DNA of 17,549 nt, from assembly GCA_034717975.1 (NCBI GenBank), contig JAYEMF010000044.1:1-17549 (forward strand), given 5' to 3'. Positions 1 to 8,554 of the stretch are shown here, piece by piece (position 1 is the stretch's first letter; every line of letters starts with the position of its first letter). Position numbers and translations under genes: made by a program. Under the pieces are notes generated by a model that saw only the letters and a list, made by a program, of their open reading frames with translations, searched no databases and was not told the DNA's origin. This DNA is from Campylobacterota bacterium. GTDB lineage: Bacteria; Campylobacterota; Campylobacteria; Campylobacterales; Sulfurimonadaceae.

Positions 1-122
1 ATACATGTCCGTGAGTCTGCGTTAGAACCTTGCCACCGTAGCCCTGCTACGCTGACAAGAACCTGCCTTGATCACGAAAATGTATGTAACGCTGATGATA
101 TCCAGGGTTTTTAGAGGTGCCC
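1..122. mobile_element. Palindromic MITE/REP-like element, truncated by the window start
   Basis: Nested inverted repeats centred at about 44: CGTAGC(37-42)/GCTACG(46-51), CTTGCCA(29-35)/TGACAAG(53-59, one mismatch), CGTGA(10-14)/TCACG(72-76), ATACAT(1-6)/ATGTAT(80-85). The right end TTTAGAGGTGCCC (110-122) is the exact reverse complement of 14432-14444. Mobility is inferred; no transposase is in the window. Confidence 0.5.
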
Positions 123-135
123 ATAAGGTTTCATC

Positions 136-1944
136 ATTATTCGTTTCCTTGTATTTTTTCTGTTTTCTGCTCCGCTTTTTGCAAACACTGCTGATTATAT
201 TGACCTGGCCAAAGAGAAAAATCTTTCTTCTTCACGATACTGGCATATTTTACTGCATATGCCGGATGGGACAAGCGAGATCGATGATAAAGCTTTTTTT
301 CTTTCGCCAGAGGGGAAGAGTAGTGCTGAGGCGGAACTGGAAGCAACTATTACCGCATTGCTTGATGAAAAAGTCTTGGATGATAATGCAACAGCCTGCC
401 GTTTTCCTGCACGTAAAGCATGGTTGAGTAAAGAGTTGGGTATGAACGATCTGCCTGAAGTCGAGTGTAGAGAGTTGGATGCATGGGTAAAACGTGTTGA
501 CCCCCAATCTGTGAGTCTGGTATTCCCTTCTGCCTATATCAATTCACCTGCATCCATGTTTGGCCATACATTTCTCCGTATTGATTCCTCTTATGAATCA
601 AAAATGCTCTCCTATGCGATCAATTATGCTGCCAATGCGAATTCCGAAACTGAAAATGGAATGGTGTTCGCGATTAAAGGGCTTTTTGGCGGCTATTACG
701 GTCATTACTCGTTTTTGCCCTATTATGAAAAAATCAAAGAGTATCGAGATACTGAAGAGCGTGATATCTGGGAATATGATCTGGATTTAACGCCTGAAGA
801 GGTCCATCAGATGATGCGGCATATCTGGGAGCTTCAAAATACTTATTCATGGTATTATTTTTTTACTGAGAACTGCTCATACAATATGCTTTGGCTGATT
901 GAAGCGGCACGGCCAAGTGTACATTTGCGAGACCCTTTTAACTATCAGGTGATACCGCCGGAAACCGTGCATGTCGTCGTTGCTGAAAGCGTTGTAACCA
1001 AGCGGCATTATCGACCGGCAAGACGCAGCAGGCTATTGGCCTATGAGAAGTATCTTTTTGATGATGAGATTGATGATGTATTTGCGTTGGCAAGAGCAGA
1101 TAAAATGCCGCAGGAGTTTATAGATGAAAGCGATCGGACAGAGCAGACAAAACGGTATATTCTAGAGGCTGCTTCAGAGTTTATAGAATATGATTATTTA
1201 GCCGGGGATATCAATCGAAGTGTATACAGAAACAGACTGCATACTATTCTTACTGCACGCGCGAGTCTTGGAAAAGGTGAAAAGATTGATATTCCAACAC
1301 CAACCGATCCAATGGAAGGTCACCGCGCTCTTCGCGTCAAAGCTGAAGCAGGTTGGCGGGATAGTGATGCCATCCAGTTTTTAGGCATTCGTCCGGCCAA
1401 TCATGATATTAAAGATAGTGATGTTGGTTTTCTGCGGGGGACACAGATAGAGTTTTTTGATCTATTGTTAAGTTATTCCGATGATGAACTGAATGTTGAG
1501 AAAGCAACATTGCTCTCGATTGTTTCATTGTCACCAAGAGGTAAGTTTTTTAAACCTTTTTCATGGCGTTTAAGTACAGGGTGGGACAGAAATTATCTAA
1601 GTGAGAGTACAAAATTTCGAGGAAATGCATCGGGCGGTTTCACCTGGGGGAATGATTTAGGATATCTCTATCTTTTAGCGGATGCACTTTTTTATACAGA
1701 CAGGAGTCTCACCATCGGTATAGGCGGAGTTGCGGGAGCCGTTATTTATGAAGGTAAAGATTTTAAGACCAATGTTGAGGCAACCCAACGGCTGTATGAT
1801 ACGGGATATGATCAGCGAATCATCAATGCTTCGCAGCATTATCGCAGTTCCAAAAATACAGCATTTTCTCTCTCCTACGATTATGTTGAAAAATATGAAG
1901 ATAATTGGAATACGGTCAAGCTGTCGTTCGACTATTTTTTCTAA
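136..1944 (+). CDS. DUF4105 (Lnb N-terminal-like) domain protein with a probable C-terminal outer-membrane beta-barrel; start probably ATT at 136 or 139 (first ATG is 259)
   Basis: 561-aa ORF from 259 with CRFPAR, SPASMFGHTFLRID and YYFFTENCSY motifs. The C-terminus has amphipathic beta-strand-like segments and ends in ...LSFDYFF. The frame is open upstream to 127 and encodes a signal-peptide-like IRFLVFFLFSAPLFA followed by YWHILLH. Confidence 0.85.
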   Translation: MIRFLVFFLFSAPLFANTADYIDLAKEKNLSSSRYWHILLHMPDGTSEIDDKAFFLSPEGKSSAEAELEATITALLDEKVLDDNATACRFPARKAWLSKELGMNDLPEVECRELDAWVKRVDPQSVSLVFPSAYINSPASMFGHTFLRIDSSYESKMLSYAINYAANANSETENGMVFAIKGLFGGYYGHYSFLPYYEKIKEYRDTEERDIWEYDLDLTPEEVHQMMRHIWELQNTYSWYYFFTENCSYNMLWLIEAARPSVHLRDPFNYQVIPPETVHVVVAESVVTKRHYRPARRSRLLAYEKYLFDDEIDDVFALARADKMPQEFIDESDRTEQTKRYILEAASEFIEYDYLAGDINRSVYRNRLHTILTARASLGKGEKIDIPTPTDPMEGHRALRVKAEAGWRDSDAIQFLGIRPANHDIKDSDVGFLRGTQIEFFDLLLSYSDDELNVEKATLLSIVSLSPRGKFFKPFSWRLSTGWDRNYLSESTKFRGNASGGFTWGNDLGYLYLLADALFYTDRSLTIGIGGVAGAVIYEGKDFKTNVEATQRLYDTGYDQRIINASQHYRSSKNTAFSLSYDYVEKYEDNWNTVKLSFDYFF

Positions 1945-1982
1945 ATTTAGAGACCTCTTTAATAGATTTGTAACCTCTTTGA

Positions 1983-1990
1983 GTTATAAT
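1983..1990 (+). promoter_or_regulatory. Putative sigma70 -10 box (gtTATAAT) for tal-pilT
   Basis: TATAAT at 1985-1990 fits the Campylobacterota gnTAnaAT consensus, 28 nt before the tal ATG. Confidence 0.55.
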
Positions 1991-2018
1991 AATCAGATAC
2001 TAGCAGATAGGGTGATTT

Positions 2019-3002
2019 ATGGTGATTCCCGAAATTAAGTTTTCATTATGGGCTGATTTCATTGAGCGTGATTTTCTCGAGAGTGATTTTGTAACACTGA
2101 TTGAGAAAGGTATCGTTAATGGTGCTACTTCCAATCCGGCAATTTTTAAAAGTGCCATCTTGACGTCACCGGCGTATAAAGAGCAGTTAAAAGGCTTAAG
2201 TGCTCTGGCACCGAAAGCCAAGTATGAAGCGGTTGCCATTTTTGACATTCAAAAGGCGGCTGACCTGCTTCGACCTCTGCATGATGCAGGAAATGACGGT
2301 TATGTCAGTATTGAAGTTGATCCTCATCTCTGCGATGACGCCGGGGCGACGATTGAAGAGGGAAGACGACTGCATCAGACGATCGACCGTCCCAATGTGA
2401 TGATCAAAGTACCTGCGACCAAGGCAGGGTATGTTGCAATGGAGGCACTGACGGCTGAAGGGATCAATGTCAATGCGACCTTGATCTTTTCAAAAGAGCA
2501 GGCGCTGGCTTGTGCCAAAGCGTTTGAAGCCGGAGTGAACACTTATGGAAATAGCGTCAACACGGTTATCAGTGTTTTCGTAAGTCGTATTGATCGGGCA
2601 CTCGATGCTGATTTGGCTGAAAAAGGGATACCGACAGGATTGGCAGGTGTTTACAATGCAGCAGGTATCTATAATGCTATTGAAGCGATGCAGATTCCAG
2701 GGTGTCGAACCCTGTTCGCGAGCACGGGAGTGAAAGGTGATGATCTTCGACCTTCGTATTATGTCGAAGAGTTGTTGGCACCTAACTCGGTAAACACGGC
2801 ACCGGTTGCAACGATTGGTGCTTTTGTTTCAGCCAATGTACGTGAGGTTAAGCTGCCAATTGCTCAGGAAAAAATAGATGCGTTGTTTGTATCGATTGAA
2901 AAAGAAGGTATTGGATTTGATGCGGTAATCGAGCAGCAGATCAGTGATGGGCTGGAAGCTTTTAAAGAGGCTTTTCAGGAAATTTTAGATGAATTGGAGT
3001 AG
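2019..3002 (+). CDS. tal: Transaldolase
   Basis: 327 aa with FSLWADFIER, GATSNPAIF, VSIEVDP, NVMIKVPAT (Schiff-base Lys), INVNATLIFS, SVFVSRID and RTLFASTGVK motifs. Confidence 0.97.
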   Translation: MVIPEIKFSLWADFIERDFLESDFVTLIEKGIVNGATSNPAIFKSAILTSPAYKEQLKGLSALAPKAKYEAVAIFDIQKAADLLRPLHDAGNDGYVSIEVDPHLCDDAGATIEEGRRLHQTIDRPNVMIKVPATKAGYVAMEALTAEGINVNATLIFSKEQALACAKAFEAGVNTYGNSVNTVISVFVSRIDRALDADLAEKGIPTGLAGVYNAAGIYNAIEAMQIPGCRTLFASTGVKGDDLRPSYYVEELLAPNSVNTAPVATIGAFVSANVREVKLPIAQEKIDALFVSIEKEGIGFDAVIEQQISDGLEAFKEAFQEILDELE

Positions 3003-3008
3003 TGAATT

Positions 3009-4205
3009 ATGCATTCGAGTGAAATAGATTTTAATCTTAATGACCTAACGTTTGAGACCCTTAAAAAGATTCGTGCTTATCTGAGACGTATGCTCGATGC
3101 CGGCGGCAGTGACCTTCACATTAAAGCCAATTCCGTTGTCCGTGCACGTATTAACGGGGATATTATCCCCCTTTCCGGTGAAATTCTCTCCAAGGATGAG
3201 GCTATTACCTTTGCCAAAGAGCTGCTGCGAACACGTTTTGTCGAGTTCGTGGAAGATAAAGAGCTTGACCTCGTCTACCCGTTTGATGAGAAGACCCGTT
3301 TCCGTGTCAATATCTTTTTCCAGATGGACGGGGTCTCGGCTGTTTTTCGTACCATTCCTGTAGAGATTCTGACCATTGATGAGCTTGGTTTACCGAGTGT
3401 CGTTCATAAATTCACAACTATTGAACGGGGACTGGTGCTTGTAACAGGGGTCACCGGTAGTGGTAAATCAACAACGCTTGCCGCTATTATCAATGAACTG
3501 AACTGGAACAAACGTAAGCATATTATTACGATCGAAGACCCGATTGAATTTGTCCACAAAGACAGGAAGTGTATTATCAATCAGCGTAGTGTCGGGCAGG
3601 ATACAAACAGTTTTTCCCGTGCTCTGAGAGCATCACTCCGGGAAGACCCCGATATTATCCTGGTGGGAGAGATGCGGGATGTCGAGACGATCGAGATCGC
3701 TCTGCATGCGGCAGATACCGGACACCTGGTCTTCTCAACACTGCACACACTCGATGCCAAAGAGACGATCAACCGTATTATCTCTATGTTCCCGACCGAA
3801 GAGCAAAATCGTGTTCGAATGACGGTTGGCAGTGTTATCCAAGGGGTTATCTCGCAGCGTTTGATTCCGACTATTGAAGGAAAGCGTACGGCTGCTTTGG
3901 AAATTTTGGTCAGAACGGCACGTATCGAGCAGCTGATCATGGAAAACCGCGATGTCGAGATCCGGGATACGATGGAAGAGGGGAAAGAGATATACGGCTC
4001 CCAAAGCTTTGACCAGGGGATTTTGGACCTTTGGAAAGATGGCAAAATCTCCCGGGAAGAGGCCTTTAACTATGCAACGTCACCATCGGATCTTAAACTT
4101 AAAATGGAAGGGTTGGAAGCGATGACAGGCGTCAAGCCTGAAGATGGCGAGGAGAAGGAGACTCGAGAGTTTAGTGCTGATGAGGTCTTTGAGATAAAAG
4201 GCTAG
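3009..4205 (+). CDS. pilT: PilT/PilU-family type IV pilus retraction ATPase
   Basis: 398 aa with GSDLHI, RFRVNIF, Walker A GVTGSGKST, Asp box TIEDPIE, Walker B DPDIILVGEMRD and His box GHLVFSTLH. PilT versus PilU cannot be resolved by eye. Confidence 0.92.
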   Translation: MHSSEIDFNLNDLTFETLKKIRAYLRRMLDAGGSDLHIKANSVVRARINGDIIPLSGEILSKDEAITFAKELLRTRFVEFVEDKELDLVYPFDEKTRFRVNIFFQMDGVSAVFRTIPVEILTIDELGLPSVVHKFTTIERGLVLVTGVTGSGKSTTLAAIINELNWNKRKHIITIEDPIEFVHKDRKCIINQRSVGQDTNSFSRALRASLREDPDIILVGEMRDVETIEIALHAADTGHLVFSTLHTLDAKETINRIISMFPTEEQNRVRMTVGSVIQGVISQRLIPTIEGKRTAALEILVRTARIEQLIMENRDVEIRDTMEEGKEIYGSQSFDQGILDLWKDGKISREEAFNYATSPSDLKLKMEGLEAMTGVKPEDGEEKETREFSADEVFEIKG

Positions 4206-4220
4206 TTTAATCACTTTTCA

Positions 4221-4228
4221 GCTAAAAT
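4221..4228 (+). promoter_or_regulatory. Putative sigma70 -10 box (gcTAAAAT) for rplY-pth
   Basis: Fits gnTAnaAT, lies 30 nt before the rplY ATG, and is followed by SD AAGGA at 4248-4252. Confidence 0.5.
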
Positions 4229-4258
4229 TCCGGTCATTTTTAGTTAAAAGGATTCTAC

Positions 4259-4795
4259 ATGCTAGAAGGCATTATTAGAGAGAGTATTGGCAAGCGCGGT
4301 ACAAAGGCGCTTCGTCGTGATGGTTATCTAATTGCAAACCTCTACGGAAAAGGGCTTGAAAATATCAATGCCGCATTCAAAATGAATGATTTTATCCGTA
4401 CTGTTCGCAACAAAGATACATTGGCATTCCCTGTTTCATTGGATGGCAAAGAGATGAATGTTGTAGTTCAGGCATATGAGTCACAGCCGGTTTCCGGCAA
4501 TCTGCTTCACGTTGATCTGATGGTTGCACAGCCTGGTGTCGAAACACGTTACAACGTACCTATTGTAGCAGAGGGTTCTCCAGTCGGTCTTAAGAACAAA
4601 GGTATGCTTTACATTGCAAAAAAACGTATTCCTGTAAAAGGTGCGATCGAGAACGTTCCAAACAGCATCACGATTGATGTTGCTCCAATGGACCTTGGTG
4701 AGTCGAAACTTATTCGTGATCTGCCGGTCATTGAGAATGTAAAATACACTGACGCTGACCGCGTTTCTGTTCTTTCTATTATCAAAGCGAAGTAA
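4259..4795 (+). CDS. rplY: 50S ribosomal protein L25 / general stress protein Ctc
   Basis: 178 aa with KALRRDGYLIANLYGKG and LLHVDLM; two-domain L25/Ctc size; good SD; precedes pth. Confidence 0.96.
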   Translation: MLEGIIRESIGKRGTKALRRDGYLIANLYGKGLENINAAFKMNDFIRTVRNKDTLAFPVSLDGKEMNVVVQAYESQPVSGNLLHVDLMVAQPGVETRYNVPIVAEGSPVGLKNKGMLYIAKKRIPVKGAIENVPNSITIDVAPMDLGESKLIRDLPVIENVKYTDADRVSVLSIIKAK

Positions 4796-4797
4796 TT

Positions 4798-5355
4798 TTG
4801 CTGATCGTCGGTCTGGGTAACCCTGGCTCGACATATGAACGAACCCGACACAATATCGGGTTCATGGTGATCGATGAGCTTCTTCGTCGATCTGCCTCCT
4901 CTATTATAAAAAAAGCCTCATTCGAGGGTGACCTCTTTAAAGTCGACTCCCACTATTTTTTGAAACCAACCACATTTATGAACCTCTCCGGTCGTTCGAT
5001 CGCTGCGGTAAAGAATTTTTATAAAATCGATGAAGTGGTCGTGATTCATGATGACCTTGATCTTCCGTTTGGTGCGTTGCGTTTTAAACATGGGGGTGGT
5101 CATGGCGGTCATAACGGCTTGAAGTCTACAGATATTTCAATCTCAAAAGAGTATTTGCGTGTGCGGATGGGAATCGGCAAACCTGCCATTAAATCCATGG
5201 TAGCCGATTATGTTCTCAGCAGTTTTTCTGAAGACGAAAATGAACACCTGCCGATTTGGATCAAACAGGCTACCGATGCTGTGGAGATGCTTCTGGGTAA
5301 GCCATGGGAAGATGTGGCTTCTAAGTGCTCAATAAAACAGTTTCCGCTAAAATAG
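4798..5355 (+). CDS. pth: Peptidyl-tRNA hydrolase
   Basis: TTG start; LIVGLGNPG, TRHNIGF, KPTTFMNLSG, HDDLDLPFG and GGHNGLKS motifs. Confidence 0.98.
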   Translation: MLIVGLGNPGSTYERTRHNIGFMVIDELLRRSASSIIKKASFEGDLFKVDSHYFLKPTTFMNLSGRSIAAVKNFYKIDEVVVIHDDLDLPFGALRFKHGGGHGGHNGLKSTDISISKEYLRVRMGIGKPAIKSMVADYVLSSFSEDENEHLPIWIKQATDAVEMLLGKPWEDVASKCSIKQFPLK

Positions 5356-5391
5356 CCAAAATTTCGCAGTTACTGCGGCAGTGAGCCAATT

Positions 5392-6462
5392 ATGTTGTCA
5401 TATCGTTATATAGCTTTTCACTATCTAAAGTTTTTTATTGTCATTATGTCGGCTTTGATCCTTTTTGTCGTTGGCATTGATTATATGGAAAATAGCGACA
5501 GCCTGCCGGACTCTGCCAACCTGAAAATTCTCTATATGATCTATGTTGGCTTTATGGCATCTGATATGCTGCTGCCGCTATCACTTGTCTTTGCCATGAT
5601 CTCTACCAAGATCTTTCTTATCCGCTCCAATGCCCTGGTGGCGTTCTATTCGCTCGGGTATTCCAAAACCGATATCTTGAAGCCTTTCGTACTTGTTTCT
5701 AGTGTGATCATTTTACTCTTTATCATGCTGCATGGGACAGACAAATATGCCAAAGCCCGGGAGTATTCCAAAAACATCCGTGACAAGGCACAGTATATGC
5801 GTCCGAGCAGTGACCTCTTTTTTACCTTTTCCGATCAATATGTCTATTTCGGACGTCTCTTTCCGCTTCAAAAACGGGCGCAGGATGTTCGGATATTCAA
5901 GGTGAAGGATAATGCCCTTCAAGAGGTGATCGTCGCCGAATCAGCTACCTATAGAGATGGCTATTGGCACATTGACAAAGCTCGTTCGATTAAAAAACCT
6001 GAGCGGCTCGGTTTCAATGGTGAAGGTATCACGATCATGGAACATAATGATCTGAAAATGCTTAAAGATTTCAAGCCGAAAATACTTGATCAGGTCTATG
6101 AAGGGAAGGTGAATTTTACCATCGGTGATGCCTTTGATGCGATCGATCTGTTAAGTGAACAGAAGGTCAATATTGACAATATCAAGAGCGCTCTGTACAA
6201 GATCTTCATCTATCCTCTTTTTGTTCCTTTTTTGGTGGTGATCATCTTTTTCTTCGTACCTATCAGTCCCCGTTTTTTAAATTTATCGCTGTTCAGTTTC
6301 GGTGCGATCCTCTCAACCCTGTTGGTCTGGGGAGTTATGTTTATGTTGATTAAACTGGCCAATAATAGGACAATTCCGAGTGAAGTCGGTATCATTTTAC
6401 CGGTCTTCATTCTCTTCCTGGGTGCTCTTTATCAATGGCGTCATTACCGTGTGAAGGCCTAA
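5392..6462 (+). CDS. LptF/LptG (YjgP/YjgQ) family LPS export ABC transporter permease
   Basis: 356 aa with three N-terminal TM segments (LIRSNALVAFYSLGYS coupling helix), a periplasmic domain (AESATYRDGYW) and three C-terminal TM segments. Its position after pth is typical of Campylobacterota. Confidence 0.9.
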   Translation: MLSYRYIAFHYLKFFIVIMSALILFVVGIDYMENSDSLPDSANLKILYMIYVGFMASDMLLPLSLVFAMISTKIFLIRSNALVAFYSLGYSKTDILKPFVLVSSVIILLFIMLHGTDKYAKAREYSKNIRDKAQYMRPSSDLFFTFSDQYVYFGRLFPLQKRAQDVRIFKVKDNALQEVIVAESATYRDGYWHIDKARSIKKPERLGFNGEGITIMEHNDLKMLKDFKPKILDQVYEGKVNFTIGDAFDAIDLLSEQKVNIDNIKSALYKIFIYPLFVPFLVVIIFFFVPISPRFLNLSLFSFGAILSTLLVWGVMFMLIKLANNRTIPSEVGIILPVFILFLGALYQWRHYRVKA

Positions 6463-6486
6463 TCACTCATTTCTAAGCACATTTTC

Positions 6487-6494
6487 GATAAAAT
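6487..6494 (+). promoter_or_regulatory. Putative sigma70 -10 box (gaTAAAAT) for the lysA-HAD-pheA-hisC unit
   Basis: Fits gnTAnaAT, lies 23 nt before the lysA GTG, with SD AAGGA at 6508-6512. Confidence 0.5.
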
Positions 6495-6517
6495 CATCTT
6501 TTTTCAGAAGGATCGAA

Positions 6518-7726
6518 GTGAGTGATTTTAAATCTTTAGCTGAACGTTTTGGCACCCCACTGTATGTCTATGACCTTGATAAGATGAGTGAACAGTTTGA
6601 AGCATTGAAGCGCGCTTTTAAAGGGCGTAAATCAATTGTGGCCTATGCCGTAAAAGCAAACTCAAACCTGAGCGTCGTGCAGCATTTTGCACAGTTGGGT
6701 GCGGGAGCAGACTGTGTCTCTATTGGGGAACTACGCCGTGCCTTGATGGCAGGTGTACCGAAATACAGAATCATTTTCAGTGGTGTGGGCAAGCGTGATG
6801 ACGAGATCAGAGAAGCACTAGAGAACGACATCCTTTATATCAATGTCGAGAGTGACGGCGAGCTGGAGCGTGTCGAGATGATCGCCGCTGAACTTGGCAT
6901 CGCAGCGCGTATCAGTGTCCGTGTCAATCCGAATATAGATCCGAAGACGCATCCCTATATTTCTACCGGTCTGCATGACAACAAGTTTGGTGTAGATCTT
7001 GATACGGCCAAGCGTATGTATATCCGTGCCAAAAATTCTGACAACCTGGATCCGGTTGGTATCCACTTTCACATCGGCTCTCAGTTGACCGAACTGGATC
7101 CCATCCGTGAAGCGGCAGTGATCGTAGCTGACCTGGTGCGTTCGCTCGCAGCCATTAAAATTGAACTAAAATTCTTCGATATCGGCGGTGGCCTCGGCGT
7201 GAAGTATGATGATGAGACGACGATTGAGCCTTATGAGTATGCACAGGCAGTCCTTTCGACGCTGACGGCGTTAGACATGACGGTACTTTGTGAACCAGGC
7301 CGTTTTCTGACCGCTAATGCCGGCTATTTTCTTACGAAAGTGCTTTACGAAAAACAAAATGGCGAAAAGCGTTTTGTTGTGGTAGACGGGGCAATGAATG
7401 ACCTGTTGCGACCGAGCCTCTATAATGCCTATCACCGTATCGATACCTTTGACAAAGCGGGTGAGAAGAGTGAAGCAGATATCGTCGGGCCGGTTTGTGA
7501 AAGCGGCGACTTCCTGGCAAAAAACTACCTCCTTCCGAAAATGGAGCACAACGATCTTTTGGTAGTGAACAGTGCAGGGGCATACGGTTTTGGCATGGGA
7601 AGCAACTACAACACACGTGGACGCTCAGCCGAAGTGGCGCTTAAAAATGGGGAGGCCCGTCTTATCCGTGAGCGTGAGAGCTATGAAGATCTCATTGCGC
7701 TTGAGAAAGATTTTTTGGAAAAGTAG
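6518..7726 (+). CDS. lysA: Diaminopimelate decarboxylase
   Basis: GTG start; GTPLYVYD, YAVKANSN (PLP Lys), THPYISTG..NKFG, HFHIGSQ, EPGRFL, GPVCESGD and AGAYGFGMGSNYN motifs. Confidence 0.98.
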   Translation: MSDFKSLAERFGTPLYVYDLDKMSEQFEALKRAFKGRKSIVAYAVKANSNLSVVQHFAQLGAGADCVSIGELRRALMAGVPKYRIIFSGVGKRDDEIREALENDILYINVESDGELERVEMIAAELGIAARISVRVNPNIDPKTHPYISTGLHDNKFGVDLDTAKRMYIRAKNSDNLDPVGIHFHIGSQLTELDPIREAAVIVADLVRSLAAIKIELKFFDIGGGLGVKYDDETTIEPYEYAQAVLSTLTALDMTVLCEPGRFLTANAGYFLTKVLYEKQNGEKRFVVVDGAMNDLLRPSLYNAYHRIDTFDKAGEKSEADIVGPVCESGDFLAKNYLLPKMEHNDLLVVNSAGAYGFGMGSNYNTRGRSAEVALKNGEARLIRERESYEDLIALEKDFLEK

Positions 7727-7777
7727 GGATTAACGAGGTATGAAACTGCATAAAGATAAGTTACCGGAAGAGTTTAC

Positions 7778-8554
7778 TTGTATTTTATAGATGTGCAGGG
7801 AACCCTGATTGACGATGTTGACAAGCAGCCGGTAAGGGGTGCGGTTTCGTTTATTGAGCGGCTCAATGAAGAGAGAATCCCTTACATGGTGATCACCAAC
7901 AATACGAAACGTTCAAGTGAAGCGTTTCTTGAGTACCTGCAAAGTATCGGGTTGGCTATCGCTGCGGGTCATTATCTGGATCCGTTGATGACATTGGCGT
8001 CACGGGTTGAAAAAGAGGGTGTGGCGGCGTATGGATCGGAGCCATTCCTGCGTGTACTGGAATCGATGGGTTATCAGTTTGATTATGAGCAGCCAAAAAC
8101 TGTTTTGATCGCCATCAAAGAGGATTTCACTGCTGAAGAGTATGCTCAGATGATCACTTTTTTGATGAGTGGTGCCAAACTGGTCGGTATGCATGAAACA
8201 ACGCTCTATGCCAAGCACGGCAAGCGCTATCCGGGTGTCGGGGCAGTTTTGCAGATGTTGAAATTTGCCACATCGGCGGAGTATGATGTTGTCGGGAAAC
8301 CGAGCCGTGCATTTTATGATGAAGCATTACAGCTGTTACGGCAACAAGATCCGGAAGCCTCGTTTGAGAGCGTGACGATCATCAGCGATGATGTCAAAGG
8401 TGACCTGGTTGGGGCAAAGGCCGTTGGAATGAAGGGTGTTTTTGTTTTAAGCGGAAAATACCGCAGTGCCGATGAGATCATTCCGCTGTTAAAACCGGAA
8501 GAACAGCCGGATCTTATCTGTGATGATATGCAAGCTTATCAGGAGAGTTTATGA
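7778..8554 (+). CDS. HAD-superfamily subfamily IIA hydrolase (NagD-like)
   Basis: TTG start; motif I FIDVQGTL, motif II ITNN, VVGKPS and ISDDVKGDL..A motifs. Confidence 0.9.
   Translation: MYFIDVQGTLIDDVDKQPVRGAVSFIERLNEERIPYMVITNNTKRSSEAFLEYLQSIGLAIAAGHYLDPLMTLASRVEKEGVAAYGSEPFLRVLESMGYQFDYEQPKTVLIAIKEDFTAEEYAQMITFLMSGAKLVGMHETTLYAKHGKRYPGVGAVLQMLKFATSAEYDVVGKPSRAFYDEALQLLRQQDPEASFESVTIISDDVKGDLVGAKAVGMKGVFVLSGKYRSADEIIPLLKPEEQPDLICDDMQAYQESL

Noticed and set aside
68..427. 119-aa ORF and the other short or antisense ORFs in the track (e.g. 3581-4045, 8605-9165, 15216-15866)
   Set aside because: They are shadow frames of well-supported genes with no recognisable motifs.
5365..5377. Small hairpin CGCAG-TTA-CTGCG between pth and the Lpt permease
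   Set aside because: Only 5 bp with no U-tract, so it could be chance.
7740..7790. Short ORF MKLHKDKLPEEFTCIL between lysA and the HAD gene
   Set aside because: GAGG is only 1 nt from the ATG, the ORF overlaps the HAD start out of frame, and it has no leader-peptide signature.
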